Shown: positions 53,366 through 63,741 of the stretch, piece after piece | Layout of the letters: every line of letters begins with the position of its first letter | Position numbering within the stretch: the stretch's first letter is position 1 | Assembly (NCBI GenBank): GCA_963815215.1 | Contig: CAWFFU010000003.1 | Span: forward strand, 576,001 to 640,000 | Length of the DNA: 64,000 nucleotides | Reading direction: 5' to 3' | Source: an uncultured Trueperaceae bacterium | Lineage (GTDB): Bacteria > Deinococcota > Deinococci > Deinococcales > Trueperaceae | Notes under the pieces: generated by a model | The model's input: only the letters and a program-made list of their open reading frames with translations | Databases searched by the model: none | Told to the model about the DNA's origin: nothing | Program-made: the position numbers and the translations under genes

Positions 53366-53928
53366 GCCGGCCCGGCCTCAGCGTCGCCGCGGCCCTTCTC
53401 GGTTGCCGGGAGCCCCTCGCGCACCCAGCGGCCGGCTCCGCGGAAGAGCACCTCGGCCAGCACGCCGGCGAGCGGAGGGAACAACAACGTCACGAGATAG
53501 CGGACCCAGGTCACATGCACGCCCAGCAACGCGACCTCGATCGGGAGCCGACTCAACGTCCACAGGTTCTTCGCCACCACGAACGTCACGATGGTGCCGA
53601 TGGTGGCGCCGCCTCTCAGGAACGCCACCGCGATCGGGTAGTAGACGTACGGTCCGCCGGGGATGAGCGCCCCGGCCACACCGCCGATGAGGAAGCCGCG
53701 CCAACCCGACTCCTCGCCCAGCCAGCGGGTCACCGTCTCCTTGGAGATCATCACCTGGATGAGCCCGGCCAGCACGAACGCGGCCACGATGAGCACGGCG
53801 ACGCTCACCAGGAGGTGCCAGGTCCCCGTCAGCCCAGCGCCCACACGTGACCAGCCGCCCTCCAGGAAGGCGACCACACCGAGCCCAACCCCGGCGAGGA
53901 ACAGGATGACGGTCATGGTGCGTTGCAA
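53362..53928 (-). CDS. Small permease (DUF318/ArsP-like half)
   Basis: RWLGEESG, GALIPGGPYVYYP, RLPIEVALLG; TTG start after GAAGGGAG. Confidence 0.75.
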   Translation of the reverse strand: MQRTMTVILFLAGVGLGVVAFLEGGWSRVGAGLTGTWHLLVSVAVLIVAAFVLAGLIQVMISKETVTRWLGEESGWRGFLIGGVAGALIPGGPYVYYPIAVAFLRGGATIGTIVTFVVAKNLWTLSRLPIEVALLGVHVTWVRYLVTLLFPPLAGVLAEVLFRGAGRWVREGLPATEKGRGDAEAGPA

Positions 53929-54163
53929 AGGAACTCCCTTCCCTGCGGCGCGTCCGAGCGCCCGAGTGGCGCCGTTGATCCTCCCTTGTGGTACCGCGGC
54001 CGGCCGCGTCCCGCTGTCGTCCATCCACCGCGCGCCGTCGCGGGACGTAGCATGGGGCCGACGCCCACGGGTCACGGCGCTCGACGCGGGCGTGCCTCGA
54101 CCCACGGCGGCCCGTCCCGCCGAGAACGGGCGCGCCGTTTCATGCCCGCCAACCGGAGGTCCT

Positions 54164-55159
54164 ATGCGAATCCTCGACGACGCCCAGGTGCTGCGGCTGC
54201 TCTCCATGCGAGCGTGCATCCCGCTCATGGCCTCGGCCCTGAGCTCGCTCTCGCGCGGCGACGCCCAGGTCCCGCTGCGCACCGTCGTGCCGCTGCCGCG
54301 AGGGCACGATGTGCTGGCGTTGATGCCCGCCCACGCCACCACCCCCGCCGCCCTCGGCGCCAAGGTCATCACCGTCTTCCCCGACAACCATGGGCGCGGG
54401 CTCGACGCGCACCAGGGCGCCGTGCTGGTCTTCGAGCCGGTCGACGGACGGTTGCTCGGGCTCCTCGACGCCTCGTCGCTCACCGCCATCCGCACCGCCG
54501 CGGTCTCGGGCGTGGCGACCAACCGGTTGGCTCGCGCCGATGCCACCACCCTGGCCCTGCTGGGCAGCGGCGTGCAAGCACGCACGCACCTCGACGCCAT
54601 GGCCCAGGTACGCCCGCTCGAGCGGGTGCGCGTGTGGAGCCGCACGCCGGCGCACGCCGAGTCGTTCGCCGCCTGGGCACGCACCGCCTTCCCGATCGAA
54701 GTGGCCACGTTCGGCACGGCCGCCGAGGCCGTCCGCGGCGCGGACATCGTGTGCACCGTGACGGCCGCCCGCCAGCCGGTGCTGGAGGGGGTGTGGCTCG
54801 AGCCGGGGACGCACGTCAACGCGGTCGGCGCCTCCCAGCCCGACGCCCGCGAACTCGACAGCCGCGCAGTGGCCATGGCGAGGCTCTTCGCGGACCGGCG
54901 CGAGTCGCTCGAGCACGAGTCGGCCGACTATCTGGTGCCGTTGCGGGAGGGCCTGCTGGGCGACGCTTCCGTCGTCGAGCTCGGCGAGGTCCTGCTGGGC
55001 ACGGCTGAGGGGCGGCGCACGCCCGAGGAGATCACCCTGTTCAAGTCGCTCGGCCTGGCGATCGAGGACCTCGTTGCGGCCGGATACGTACTCGAGCGAG
55101 CTGAACGCGAGGGCGTGGGGACCGAGGTGGCGTTCGGAGGGGCGCACCCGTCGGGTTGA
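54164..55159 (+). CDS. Ornithine cyclodeaminase/mu-crystallin family protein
   Basis: GGAGG RBS; KVITVFPDN, LTAIRTAAVS, GSGVQA, HVNAVGA, FKSLGLAIED. Confidence 0.92.
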   Translation: MRILDDAQVLRLLSMRACIPLMASALSSLSRGDAQVPLRTVVPLPRGHDVLALMPAHATTPAALGAKVITVFPDNHGRGLDAHQGAVLVFEPVDGRLLGLLDASSLTAIRTAAVSGVATNRLARADATTLALLGSGVQARTHLDAMAQVRPLERVRVWSRTPAHAESFAAWARTAFPIEVATFGTAAEAVRGADIVCTVTAARQPVLEGVWLEPGTHVNAVGASQPDARELDSRAVAMARLFADRRESLEHESADYLVPLREGLLGDASVVELGEVLLGTAEGRRTPEEITLFKSLGLAIEDLVAAGYVLERAEREGVGTEVAFGGAHPSG

Positions 55160-55408
55160 GGCGGAACGCCGCGCGAGACGCGGAGGTTGCGGCTCGTTGC
55201 CGCCGCCGCCTGGCAGGTTCGATGGACCGGACGGCAGGGCTCGAGAGCGGCAGGCGCCGGAACGGCTACGCTTGTCGCGCACGGCATCACGGAAACGTTA
55301 GCGAGGTGTAAGAATTCGGTGAAGTCGGCAACGAGCGATCGAAGCCTCGTGTGGGGCTGCCCCTCAAGAGGGCAACGCTGTGCTGACACATTCCATCCTG
55401 GAGGCACC

Positions 55409-56870
55409 ATGGTGCGACCGAAACTACTCGCCTACGCGTCTCCCTTCTCGGATTGGCCCTGGTCCTGGCCGGCTGTTCGACGTCGAGCAAAGTGTCCATC
55501 AGCGTGACGTCCAACACCGACGGCCAACGCATCGTAGGCAGCCGCAGCCTGACGCTGGCGGGAACTCTCAGCGGCGGACCCGCCACCGCGGTGAGCGTCG
55601 AGCTCAACGGCACCGCCGTCAGCGGCACGACCCACACCAGCAGCAGCTTCAGCGCACCCCTAACGCTGGCCGACGGCAGCAACAACATCGTCGTCACCGC
55701 CACCTCGAGCGCCGGCACCTCGACCAGCACCCTCACCCTCGTCTACCCCTTCCTCACCTTCACCGACTTCCAGAACGCCTCGGTCGTCATCGGACAACCC
55801 GACATGACCAGCAACGCTGCGCCCGCCACGCCGACCGCGGCGCTGGTCGGGGACCCCTACGGCAACCCGGCACTCGTCAACGGCGCGCTGTACCTCCCTG
55901 ACTACGACCTCAACCGGGTGCTCGGCTTCTCGAACGGCATCCCCACCAGCAACGGCGCCAGCGCCGACTTCGTGCTCGGCCAGGCCAACCTGACCTCATC
56001 CACCTCCAGCGCCACCGCCGATGGCATGAGCGGGCCCCAAACCGTGGTGAGCGCGAGCGGCAAACTACTCGTCGACGGATACGGCAACAGCCGCGTGCTC
56101 ATCTGGAACACGATCCCGACCAGCACACAGGTTCCCGCCGATCTCGTGGTCGGGCAGCCCGGCTTCGGCAGTAGCAGCAGTGCGTGCACCGCCACGGGGC
56201 TCAACGAGCCCGAGAGCATCTTCACGGTGAACGGCAAGCTCATCGTCGCGGACAGCAACAACAACCGGGTGCTCATCTACAACAGCATCCCCACCAGCAA
56301 CGGCGCCACCCCCGACATCGTGCTCGGCCAGAGCAGCCTCACCAGCTGCTACACGAACGCCGGCGCCGGCAGCGATAGCACCAACGCCACCGCCGCGACG
56401 CTGGACTACCCGAGCGACGTCTGGTCCGACGGCACCCGCCTCATCGTGGCCGACCGGGACAACAACCGGGTCCTCATCTGGAACACCTTCCCCACCAGCG
56501 ACTCCCAGCCCGCCGACGTGGTCGTCGGCCAATCGACCATGACCGGGAACATTCCGCCGCCGGCGCAGCCGGGATGAACGAGCCGTACTTCCTCACGAGC
56601 AACGGCAACCAGCTCTTCGTCGCCGATGCGAACAACAACCGCGTCCTGATCTTCGACGGCATCCCCACGACGAACGGCGCCAGCGCCGCTCACGTGCTCG
56701 GCCAGAGCGACTTCACCCACGTCACCTACAACGACGACGGCCAGACAAACACAGCCGGCACCACCCCCACCGCGCGCACGCTCTACTACCCGGCAGGGCT
56801 CCTCCTCACCGACCAAGCGTTGATCGTCGCCGACGAAGGCAACTACCGCTACCTCGTCTTCAGACCCTGA
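55409..56870 (+). pseudogene. NHL-repeat beta-propeller lipoprotein with Ig-like domain and two frameshifts
   Basis: GGAGG-ATG at 55409 is out of frame with the LVLAGC lipobox. Repeats AD.V.GQ / L..P / D..NNRVLI continue across a second shift near 56552. Confidence 0.75.
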
Positions 56871-56891
56871 ACCACCTGCACACCCACGTTC

Positions 56892-56918
56892 ACGGGCCGG
56901 CCCTCGTGGCCGGCCCGT
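56892..56918 (+). terminator. Hairpin after the NHL gene
   Basis: Perfect 11-bp stem ACGGGCCGGCC-CTCGT-GGCCGGCCCGT. Confidence 0.6.
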
Positions 56919-57079
56919 TCCGTCGTCATGGGTACCGGCTCCTGTGTCGGACGTGTGCCGGGCGAGGGCCATGAGAACGCGTGGGCGCCCGAAGTCCTGA
57001 CGTGCACCCACGCGGCCATCGGCGAACGCGAGCGAGGCGCTACGGGTTGACGATAGGCGGGTCGACGACCATCTGAGGC

Positions 57080-57487
57080 CAGGCGTAGCTGTCCGAGCTG
57101 ACTGACGTCGAAGCCGAACGTGCCAGTGTTCTCGGATGTCACTCAGAGCTTGCCGGTCCCGGGTCGCAAAGCATAGGTCGCGGTGGCGGTCGCGGTGGCG
57201 CCGGCAGTGACGGTCTCGCTGCCGCCACCCGCTCCGGTGTAGACGGTGTCGGCGATCGCGCCCGCGACATGAGCGGTGTCGGCGGTGACGGTATACGTCC
57301 CGGGGGTAAGATTGTTGAGGGTCGTCGGGGTCGTGACGACGGTGCTGTACCCGCCAGGTCCCGTAACGCTGACGTTGCCGTTCGCTCCGGTAGGCAACCC
57401 TGCAACGGATCCTGCCAGCGAACTGGTGGTGGGACTGCTGCTGCATGCGGCAAGCAGCACAGCCAGCGCAGCGACGGCAACCGTCAT
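57080..57487 (-). pseudogene. Thr-rich lipoprotein with a probable premature TGA
   Basis: LLAAC lipobox and Ig-like VTGP..Y..LTPGTYTV; GTGKL*VTSENTGTFGFDVSQL continues in frame. 3' end approximate. Confidence 0.55.
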
Positions 57488-57667
57488 GCGGCTCCGTTAT
57501 CCGCACAGCCGATGTCCGCGTGTCTACTCGAGCTTGTGGCAAGACTAGCAAGGGATGGAGTTGTGGAGTTGGTCCCCGTCGCGGAAACTCTTCCGCTCGA
57601 GGTTCAGGATAGAGTGCCACGTGCATCGAGAGCGTCCCACACTCACGCGGTCTCAGGGGGGTGCGTC

Positions 57668-58724
57668 ATGCCATCGGAGTTTCTACTGTACGGCGCGACA
57701 GGTTTCGTGGGAGAAGCGATCGCCCGGCGGGCGGTAGCACGGGGGCTGCGGCCGATGCTGGCGGGGCGCGATCCCCTGCGTGTGGCGGCACTCGCGGACG
57801 AGCTGGGCGTAGAGCATCAGACATTCGCTCTCGATGATCCCGCCGCGATGGACGCGGCGCTGGCGGAGGTGCCGGTCGTTCTGCACTGCGCGGGGCCGTA
57901 CATCCATACGGCCGCGGCCATGGTGGATGGCTGTCTTCGCGCGGGCACGCACTATCTGGACATCACCGGGGAGCTGCCGGTCTACGCGGCGATCGCAGAG
58001 CGCGACGCCGAGGCCAGGACGCAGGGCGTGATGTTGCTGCCGGGGGTGGGGTTCGACGTGGTGCCGACCGACTGCCTGGCACTGCACCTGAAGCAGCGCC
58101 TACCGGCGGCGACACAGCTGACGCTCGCCTTCCACTCGGATGGGCCGGCAGCCTTGCCGCCGGGAACGGTGAAGACGATGCTCGCCCACATGCCTGACGG
58201 CGAAAAGGCCCGAGTGAACGGAGAGCTGGTGACGCCGCCGCGTCGCGTCAAGACACGACAGATCGACTTCAGGAACGGGACTGCGGACAGCGGCGCGCCG
58301 GACCTGGGGCGATGTGTTCATGGCGTACCGGAGCACCGACATCCCGAACATCGAGGACTACATCGTGCTATCGGCGGGCGCACGACGCGGGCTCGCGTTG
58401 ATGGACTATGCGCGTCCGCTGTTCAAGGTCGAGGCCGTGCGCAAGCTGATGACGCGCGCCGTGAGGTCGGGGTCGACGCCTGAGGAACGTGCGCAGACGC
58501 GCGTGAGCGTCTGGGGTGAGGTGGTCGACGGTGAAGGCCGCCGCGCCGTCTCGCGCCTGCACGGTCCGGAGGCGGGGGTCGAGTGGACGGCCCTTGCCGC
58601 ACTCTCGGCTGTGGAGCGTGTGCTGGAAGGCGACGCCACGCCGGGATTCCAGACGCCCGCGACGGCCTACGGCGCTGACTTCGTGCTGGGGTGCGAAGGC
58701 GTCGTCCGCGAAGACGTCGCGTAG
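57668..58724 (+). pseudogene. Saccharopine dehydrogenase-like oxidoreductase with a frameshift near 58278
   Basis: YGATGFVG, HCAGPY, HYLDITGE, GFDVVPTD; then TWGDVFMAY...GFQTPA.AYG in the next frame. Confidence 0.8.
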
Positions 58725-58831
58725 GCAGTGACGGGCCGATCGTACCCTTGAGTCCCACGGCACCTCTCCGACCGACCGCGCGCGACCGGGTGTACGGTCG
58801 CGCGCGGTCTTCCAGGGTCTCGCCCCGAACG

Positions 58832-59416
58832 TCACTGGTCGAACATGAACCCCGGCTGTCCGTTCGCCAGCAACGCGGACACCAGCAGCACCAGTGGAGT
58901 GTCGCCGGCGTTGCTCATGGTGTGTCCCGCGCTGCCGCCGTAGGCGAGGCTGTCGCCCGGAAGCAGGACGGCGGAGTCACCGGCCTTCAGCATGTCGGTG
59001 ACCGGCGTGGCACCCGCGTTGGCAGCCCGCGTGACCGTGCCCCGGCCGCGGACGAAGGACGTCCCGAACTTCCCGCTCTGCACCACGACCACCACGTCGC
59101 CGGGATGGCTGTGGGCGGGGATGCTGGCGCCCGGCTGCATGGTGATCCGCAGGAACACCAAGGTATAGCCAGGCGCACCGGCCGACGGCAGCGAGCCGAG
59201 TGCCTCGGTGGTGACGCCGGCCATGGGATCGGCGGGCGCGTCGGCCCGCAACGGGCTGGTGGTCGCCTTCTGCAGCGATCCGGAGCCAGGTACGATACGA
59301 GCCACAGCAGGGGCGCCGGTGAACAACAGCAGCAACAGAACGAAGGACGCCCATGGACGGACGTGGAGCCTCGCGGCCGTGACGAACGGACGGGACACGT
59401 GCTGTCTTGCGGTCAT
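58832..59416 (-). CDS. Secreted cupin domain protein
   Basis: Signal-like N-terminus; PG.SIPAHSHPG, GDS, H.M.NAG; GGAGG RBS. Confidence 0.78.
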   Translation of the reverse strand: MTARQHVSRPFVTAARLHVRPWASFVLLLLLFTGAPAVARIVPGSGSLQKATTSPLRADAPADPMAGVTTEALGSLPSAGAPGYTLVFLRITMQPGASIPAHSHPGDVVVVVQSGKFGTSFVRGRGTVTRAANAGATPVTDMLKAGDSAVLLPGDSLAYGGSAGHTMSNAGDTPLVLLVSALLANGQPGFMFDQ

Positions 59417-59474
59417 GTCTACCTCCGAGTTGGCGCAACCGGTGTGGACGGGCGCGCCCAAACAGACCTGCCGA

Positions 59475-59747
59475 TCACCGGTAGAAGTAGGGATCCAGGA
59501 CGGTCACCCTGGTGATCCGTTCGACGGGCAGGCCGTTGCGCTGCGCGGCCCTCCGGATCGCCTCCGCGTCGGGACCGTCGTAGATGCAATACGTGGTGCT
59601 CTTGTCCTCGCTGACGTAGGAGTGGACCCAGGTGACGTCGACCTCGGCATTCCTACCGACCACCGACATGCAGGTATCGGCGCCTTCCTGCGTCAGGGGG
59701 ATCTGAAGCCCGTCCTCGAAGTGTCGTTCGACCAGGAACCTCGGCAT
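59475..59747 (-). CDS. DUF4242 domain protein
   Basis: MPRFLVER.F, VTWVHSYV..DK.TYCIYDGP..EAIR, GLPVERIT.V; AAGGAGG RBS. Confidence 0.85.
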   Translation of the reverse strand: MPRFLVERHFEDGLQIPLTQEGADTCMSVVGRNAEVDVTWVHSYVSEDKSTTYCIYDGPDAEAIRRAAQRNGLPVERITRVTVLDPYFYR

Positions 59748-59826
59748 GACAACCTCCTTCACGTGCACCGGCCGGCGCAGGCTCATGGTGCGCGCCACGG
59801 CGTCACCGTCGCATCGGAAGAATTGC

Positions 59827-62451
59827 CTAGGTTCCGCGTTCGTCGTGCCTATCTTGATCCAGCAAGCCCAACTCGTGCGCCCGGGCGACCGCTTCGGTCC
59901 GGGAGTGCACCTCGAGCTTGGCCAGGACCGACGACACCTGGTGATCGACCGTCCGGGTGCTGACGCCGTGTCGTTCGGCGATAGCGGCGTTGCGAAGGCC
60001 CACCGCGAGCAACTCCAGAACGTCGAGTTCGCGTGGGGTCAGGAAGGCCGGATTGCTGCGAGTGGCCACCCGCGGACCGCGCGGGATCGCTCGGGCACCG
60101 AGCTCGCGCAGGCGGGCGGCAACGCGCTGCGCTGCGGGGCCGGCGCCCAGCTCCCGGAAGGTGGTCAGGGCTGCTCGGAGCTCCACCTCATCACTGCCCT
60201 CCGCGGCCGCTCGAGCCGCTTCGTAGGGACAGCCCAGGTGCTCCCAGGCACGAGCGGCCGCGGCACTCCGGCCGGCGATCTGCAACGCGAACGGCTCTGC
60301 CATGTCGGGCGGAGTCTCACGCAACGCCCCGGCCTTCCACAGCCAGTACGCGAACTCACCGCTGTACCACGGGTGGTGCCGGCGTTGCGCGAGTTCCAGT
60401 GCGCCCCGGACCTCGCTCTCGAGCGGCGCCAGGTCGCCCTCGATCCAAGCCGCTGCGGCCCTGGCCGCCTGCAGCGGCGCGAGTCGCTGGAGCGACGGGC
60501 TCTGGCCCAGCAGGGCCGCTGCTTCGTCGAGGGGGGCCGCCGCGTCGGGGTCCTCGCGGCGCGCCCGGAGGAACCCGAGGACCGTCAAGGCGAGGGCGCG
60601 CGACTCCGTGGCGACCTGTGGGCGGTCGACGACGACGTGTGCGGCGTCCGCCGCGCCGTCCCAGTCACCGAGACGCAGGCGGGCGAGCGCCAGCCACGCG
60701 AGGAAGTAGAGGCGGAGGTTGTCGTGGCCGCTCACCTCCCCCAGCCGCACCGATTCGGCGAGGTGCTCGACGGCGTCGGCCACGAGGTACCGTTCGCACT
60801 CCGCGAGCCCCATGAAGCCATAGGCGCTGGCCACGACGTTCGGCAGGTCGTGCTCCAGTCCGAGCGCGATGCTCCGCTCGAAGTGTTCACGTCCTTCGGC
60901 GCGCCCCGCCTGCAGGAGCGCCCTGCCGACGCTCAGGTGGGCGTTCGCCATCATGGCGACGTCCCCCAGGTGGCCCGTGAGGGACAGGGCTCGATCGCCC
61001 CAGGCGATGGCACCGTCGACGTCGTGGTCGAGCGTGCGCAGCTGAGCGTGGTACCAGTAGGCCCGACCCAGTTCGCGCCCGGGTTCGTGGTCTTCGAGGA
61101 TTGCAACGGCACGGGTGCTCGTGGCGTTCGCGTCTGCGTCGCGTCCCAGCCCGATCAGAACCTGCGCCAGGATCGAAAGGTTGAGTCCCCACCGCACAGG
61201 CTGCCCGAGGCGACGCCAGCGCTCGGCCACGTCGCGCCTCACCTCCGCACTCTCGGCGAGCCGGTCCACGATGGTGCATTCGGTCGCATAGCCTTCCAGC
61301 AGCGCGGCCCGACCGTCCTCGGGCAGGGCGTCCAGGTATGGCAAGCAAGCCCTGTACAGGGCGTATGCCTCCCTGTGGGCCCCGAGTCGTGCAGCGCGTC
61401 GTGCAGCGACCGGAGAGTGGCGCAACACGGCGACTCCGTCACCCGCGGCGGCTGCATGGTGGGCCAGGATCGTCACGTCGGTCCCAGACGGACCACCTTC
61501 AAGGACCTCGAGGACCCGCCCATGGAGCTCACGACGTCTGGCCGGAGTGAGCCGGCGGTAGATCGCGTCTCGCACCAGCTCGTGGCGGAAGCGGAGCGAT
61601 CCATCCACCTCCTCGAGCATCCCCGACTCGATGCAGGTGTCGACGGCGGCGGCGGGGATCCGAAGCGAGTCCAGCTGGGACAGCCGAACGCCGCTCCCGA
61701 CCACGGACAGGACGTCGAGGGCGGCACGCCCCTCCGGTGCAAGTCGCGCCGCCCGAGCCCCCACTGCGTCCAGGACGGTCGCGGGTACTGTGTCCGGCTC
61801 AGCACCAAGGACTTCGGTAACGAAGAACGGGTTGCCGCCGGTCCTTCTGTGGAGCTCCTCGACGTTCAGCGTGCGCAACCCAGCGAGCCGGGCCACGCCT
61901 TCCAGGCTCAGCGCCGGAACCGTGATCCGACCGACGAACGCTGCCGTGGCGAGATCGCCCATGGCGATGCGGAGCGGGTGCTGGCGGTCCAACTCGTCGT
62001 CCCGATAGGTCACGATGAGCAACACGCTCGTCAGAGCGACCCTTCGGCCCAGGAACCTCAGGAGATCCAGGGTGCCGTCGTCCGCCCAGTGTGCGTCTTC
62101 GAGAACGACGACGACCGGTCGGCCCCCCTCGCGCAGCACCCGAAGGAACGAGTCGAACAGGAGCTCGCGTCGTTCGCCCCGCACGGCGCCTTCGAAGGCT
62201 TCCCCCAGCTCGGCGGCCATGTCGATGAGGGGTCCAAGCGGCCGTGGCGTGGCGATGGCGTCGCACGCGCCACGGAAGACGCGGACCTCGCGCGGCAGGT
62301 CCAGGCAGAACCGCTCCACCAAGGTCGTCTTCCCGATACCGGCCTCGCCGCCGACGAACACCAAACGCCCGTGGCCCTGCCTCGCGCTCTGCAACGCGGT
62401 GTGCAGGCTCCCCAACTGCGGCGTGCGTTCCAGGAGGTCGTCCACCCCCAC
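59827..62451 (-). CDS. LuxR-family large ATP-binding regulator (STAND AAA + TPR + HTH)
   Basis: GEAGIGKT, LEDAHWAD, TGGNPFF, C-terminal LTPRELDVL..N..IA..TVDHQVS. GTG start after TATCCT-N7. Confidence 0.92.
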   Translation of the reverse strand: MGVDDLLERTPQLGSLHTALQSARQGHGRLVFVGGEAGIGKTTLVERFCLDLPREVRVFRGACDAIATPRPLGPLIDMAAELGEAFEGAVRGERRELLFDSFLRVLREGGRPVVVVLEDAHWADDGTLDLLRFLGRRVALTSVLLIVTYRDDELDRQHPLRIAMGDLATAAFVGRITVPALSLEGVARLAGLRTLNVEELHRRTGGNPFFVTEVLGAEPDTVPATVLDAVGARAARLAPEGRAALDVLSVVGSGVRLSQLDSLRIPAAAVDTCIESGMLEEVDGSLRFRHELVRDAIYRRLTPARRRELHGRVLEVLEGGPSGTDVTILAHHAAAAGDGVAVLRHSPVAARRAARLGAHREAYALYRACLPYLDALPEDGRAALLEGYATECTIVDRLAESAEVRRDVAERWRRLGQPVRWGLNLSILAQVLIGLGRDADANATSTRAVAILEDHEPGRELGRAYWYHAQLRTLDHDVDGAIAWGDRALSLTGHLGDVAMMANAHLSVGRALLQAGRAEGREHFERSIALGLEHDLPNVVASAYGFMGLAECERYLVADAVEHLAESVRLGEVSGHDNLRLYFLAWLALARLRLGDWDGAADAAHVVVDRPQVATESRALALTVLGFLRARREDPDAAAPLDEAAALLGQSPSLQRLAPLQAARAAAAWIEGDLAPLESEVRGALELAQRRHHPWYSGEFAYWLWKAGALRETPPDMAEPFALQIAGRSAAAARAWEHLGCPYEAARAAAEGSDEVELRAALTTFRELGAGPAAQRVAARLRELGARAIPRGPRVATRSNPAFLTPRELDVLELLAVGLRNAAIAERHGVSTRTVDHQVSSVLAKLEVHSRTEAVARAHELGLLDQDRHDERGT

Positions 62452-62546
62452 GCTCCGAAGGATAGCAACCCCGAGGCCTCGCTTGAGCCATCGCTGTTCC
62501 CGCGGCACGCCGCGCCCCAAGGTTCACCGACGGTTCACTAGAGCCC

Positions 62547-63377
62547 TCACGCTGGCGCGTTCTCGACATACTCTCGCACGCGGTCGAGCCACTCTCCGGT
62601 GAGGGACCGGAAGAGGCCGCGCTGCTCGATGCTCAAGGCGTGACCCGCACGATCCAGAACCGCGAACGTGGCACGCGGGAAGTTCTCGAGGACGGCCCAA
62701 GCGTCCTGGTACCCGACCAAGGAATCCTGCCGACCCGCCAGCACGAGAGCGGGAGCCGGGAAGCCGGTACCCAGGTCGCGCACGTCGAACGAGAACGCCC
62801 TGCTCTGAAAGAGTCGCTCGAGGAACGCGTGGTCGGCCGCCTCAAGACCGGGTCCCACGTACGCGTGGAACGCTTCGAGCGCCTCGCGGCTCTGCACGAC
62901 GAAGAGATCCTCGAGTTGGGCCTCCTCAGGCGTCAGGGCCTCGAGATAGGCCGCATCCTCAACAAGGACTTGCCTCGGCGGGAGGCGTCGTTTCTCCCGG
63001 TCTCTCTCGACCGCCGGCACGGTCAAGGCAAGCCCATCGACCATCGATCCAATTTGATGAACCAATCCGAGAGCGATGTAACCACCGTACGAAGCCCCTG
63101 CCACCACGAACCGCTGGCCCGGCGCTACCACCTCGAGGAACCCGGTAACGATGTCCAGCACATGGTCCTGGTGCGTGATCCAGTTCGCCCCGGGCGTTCG
63201 CCCCATCCCCGGCAAGTCGGGATAGATCCGCCGCCAGCCCGCCCGTTCAGCGAACAAGGGCTCCATGTCCGCCAGCATCAGTCGATGGTCTGCCCCCCGA
63301 CCGTGAAGCATCAAGATCGGCGTCCCGCTGCCGCGCTCCTCGTAGTGGACCCGAAGTGAACGCACCTCGGCGATCAT
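62547..63377 (-). CDS. Alpha/beta hydrolase
   Basis: MLHG, YPDLPGMG, GASYGG nucleophile, GRQD, AGH. Confidence 0.9.
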   Translation of the reverse strand: MIAEVRSLRVHYEERGSGTPILMLHGRGADHRLMLADMEPLFAERAGWRRIYPDLPGMGRTPGANWITHQDHVLDIVTGFLEVVAPGQRFVVAGASYGGYIALGLVHQIGSMVDGLALTVPAVERDREKRRLPPRQVLVEDAAYLEALTPEEAQLEDLFVVQSREALEAFHAYVGPGLEAADHAFLERLFQSRAFSFDVRDLGTGFPAPALVLAGRQDSLVGYQDAWAVLENFPRATFAVLDRAGHALSIEQRGLFRSLTGEWLDRVREYVENAPA

Positions 63378-63559
63378 CGGCACCTCTTCCCCCAACGCCC
63401 CCAGATGACGCGGCGCTCTCGACGAACGCTAGCAGGCATGCCAAGGTCCGCGGGCCGAGCTATGAGGAAGCGTGCTGCGCCGAGCGGAAACGACGACCTG
63501 CATGGGTCCGGGCGGGCGCACGTCCCGAACAATACGGTCCGAGGGGCGCTCACACCGGG

Positions 63560-63741
63560 GCCTGGGCCGCCGAGATCCTCCCACCGCCCGCAACGTCTTC
63601 CCGCTCTCGCGGTTCAGGCGTACGACCTCGGCCTTGAACTCATCTGGATAGGGCGCGTTGCTCACGCTCGTCATGAACACGGTTCCTTCCTGGGCATGCT
63701 AGCTCAAGCAAACTCGTGTCCACCCAAACGGGGGAGCTTCG
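63560..63741 (-). mobile_element. IS3-family remnant (left IR plus truncated OrfA)
   Basis: IR-like CGAAGCTCCCCCGTTTGGGTGGACAC at 63741-63716. ATG 63674 gives YPDEFKAEVVRL..ESGKTLRAV, then EDLG out of frame; no OrfB. Confidence 0.72.

Noticed and set aside
55780..56870. Repeated AACAACCGGGT/CCCACCAGCAACGGCGCC segments as a non-coding array
   Set aside because: Fully explained by NHL protein repeats.
59746..62541. 931-aa plus-strand ORF and other long antisense or alternate-frame ORFs (for example 31855-34719, 37975-40044, 45675-47699, 23221-25149)
   Set aside because: They shadow real genes; high GC3 removes stop codons in other frames, and the translations are Arg/Pro/Gly-rich with no motifs.
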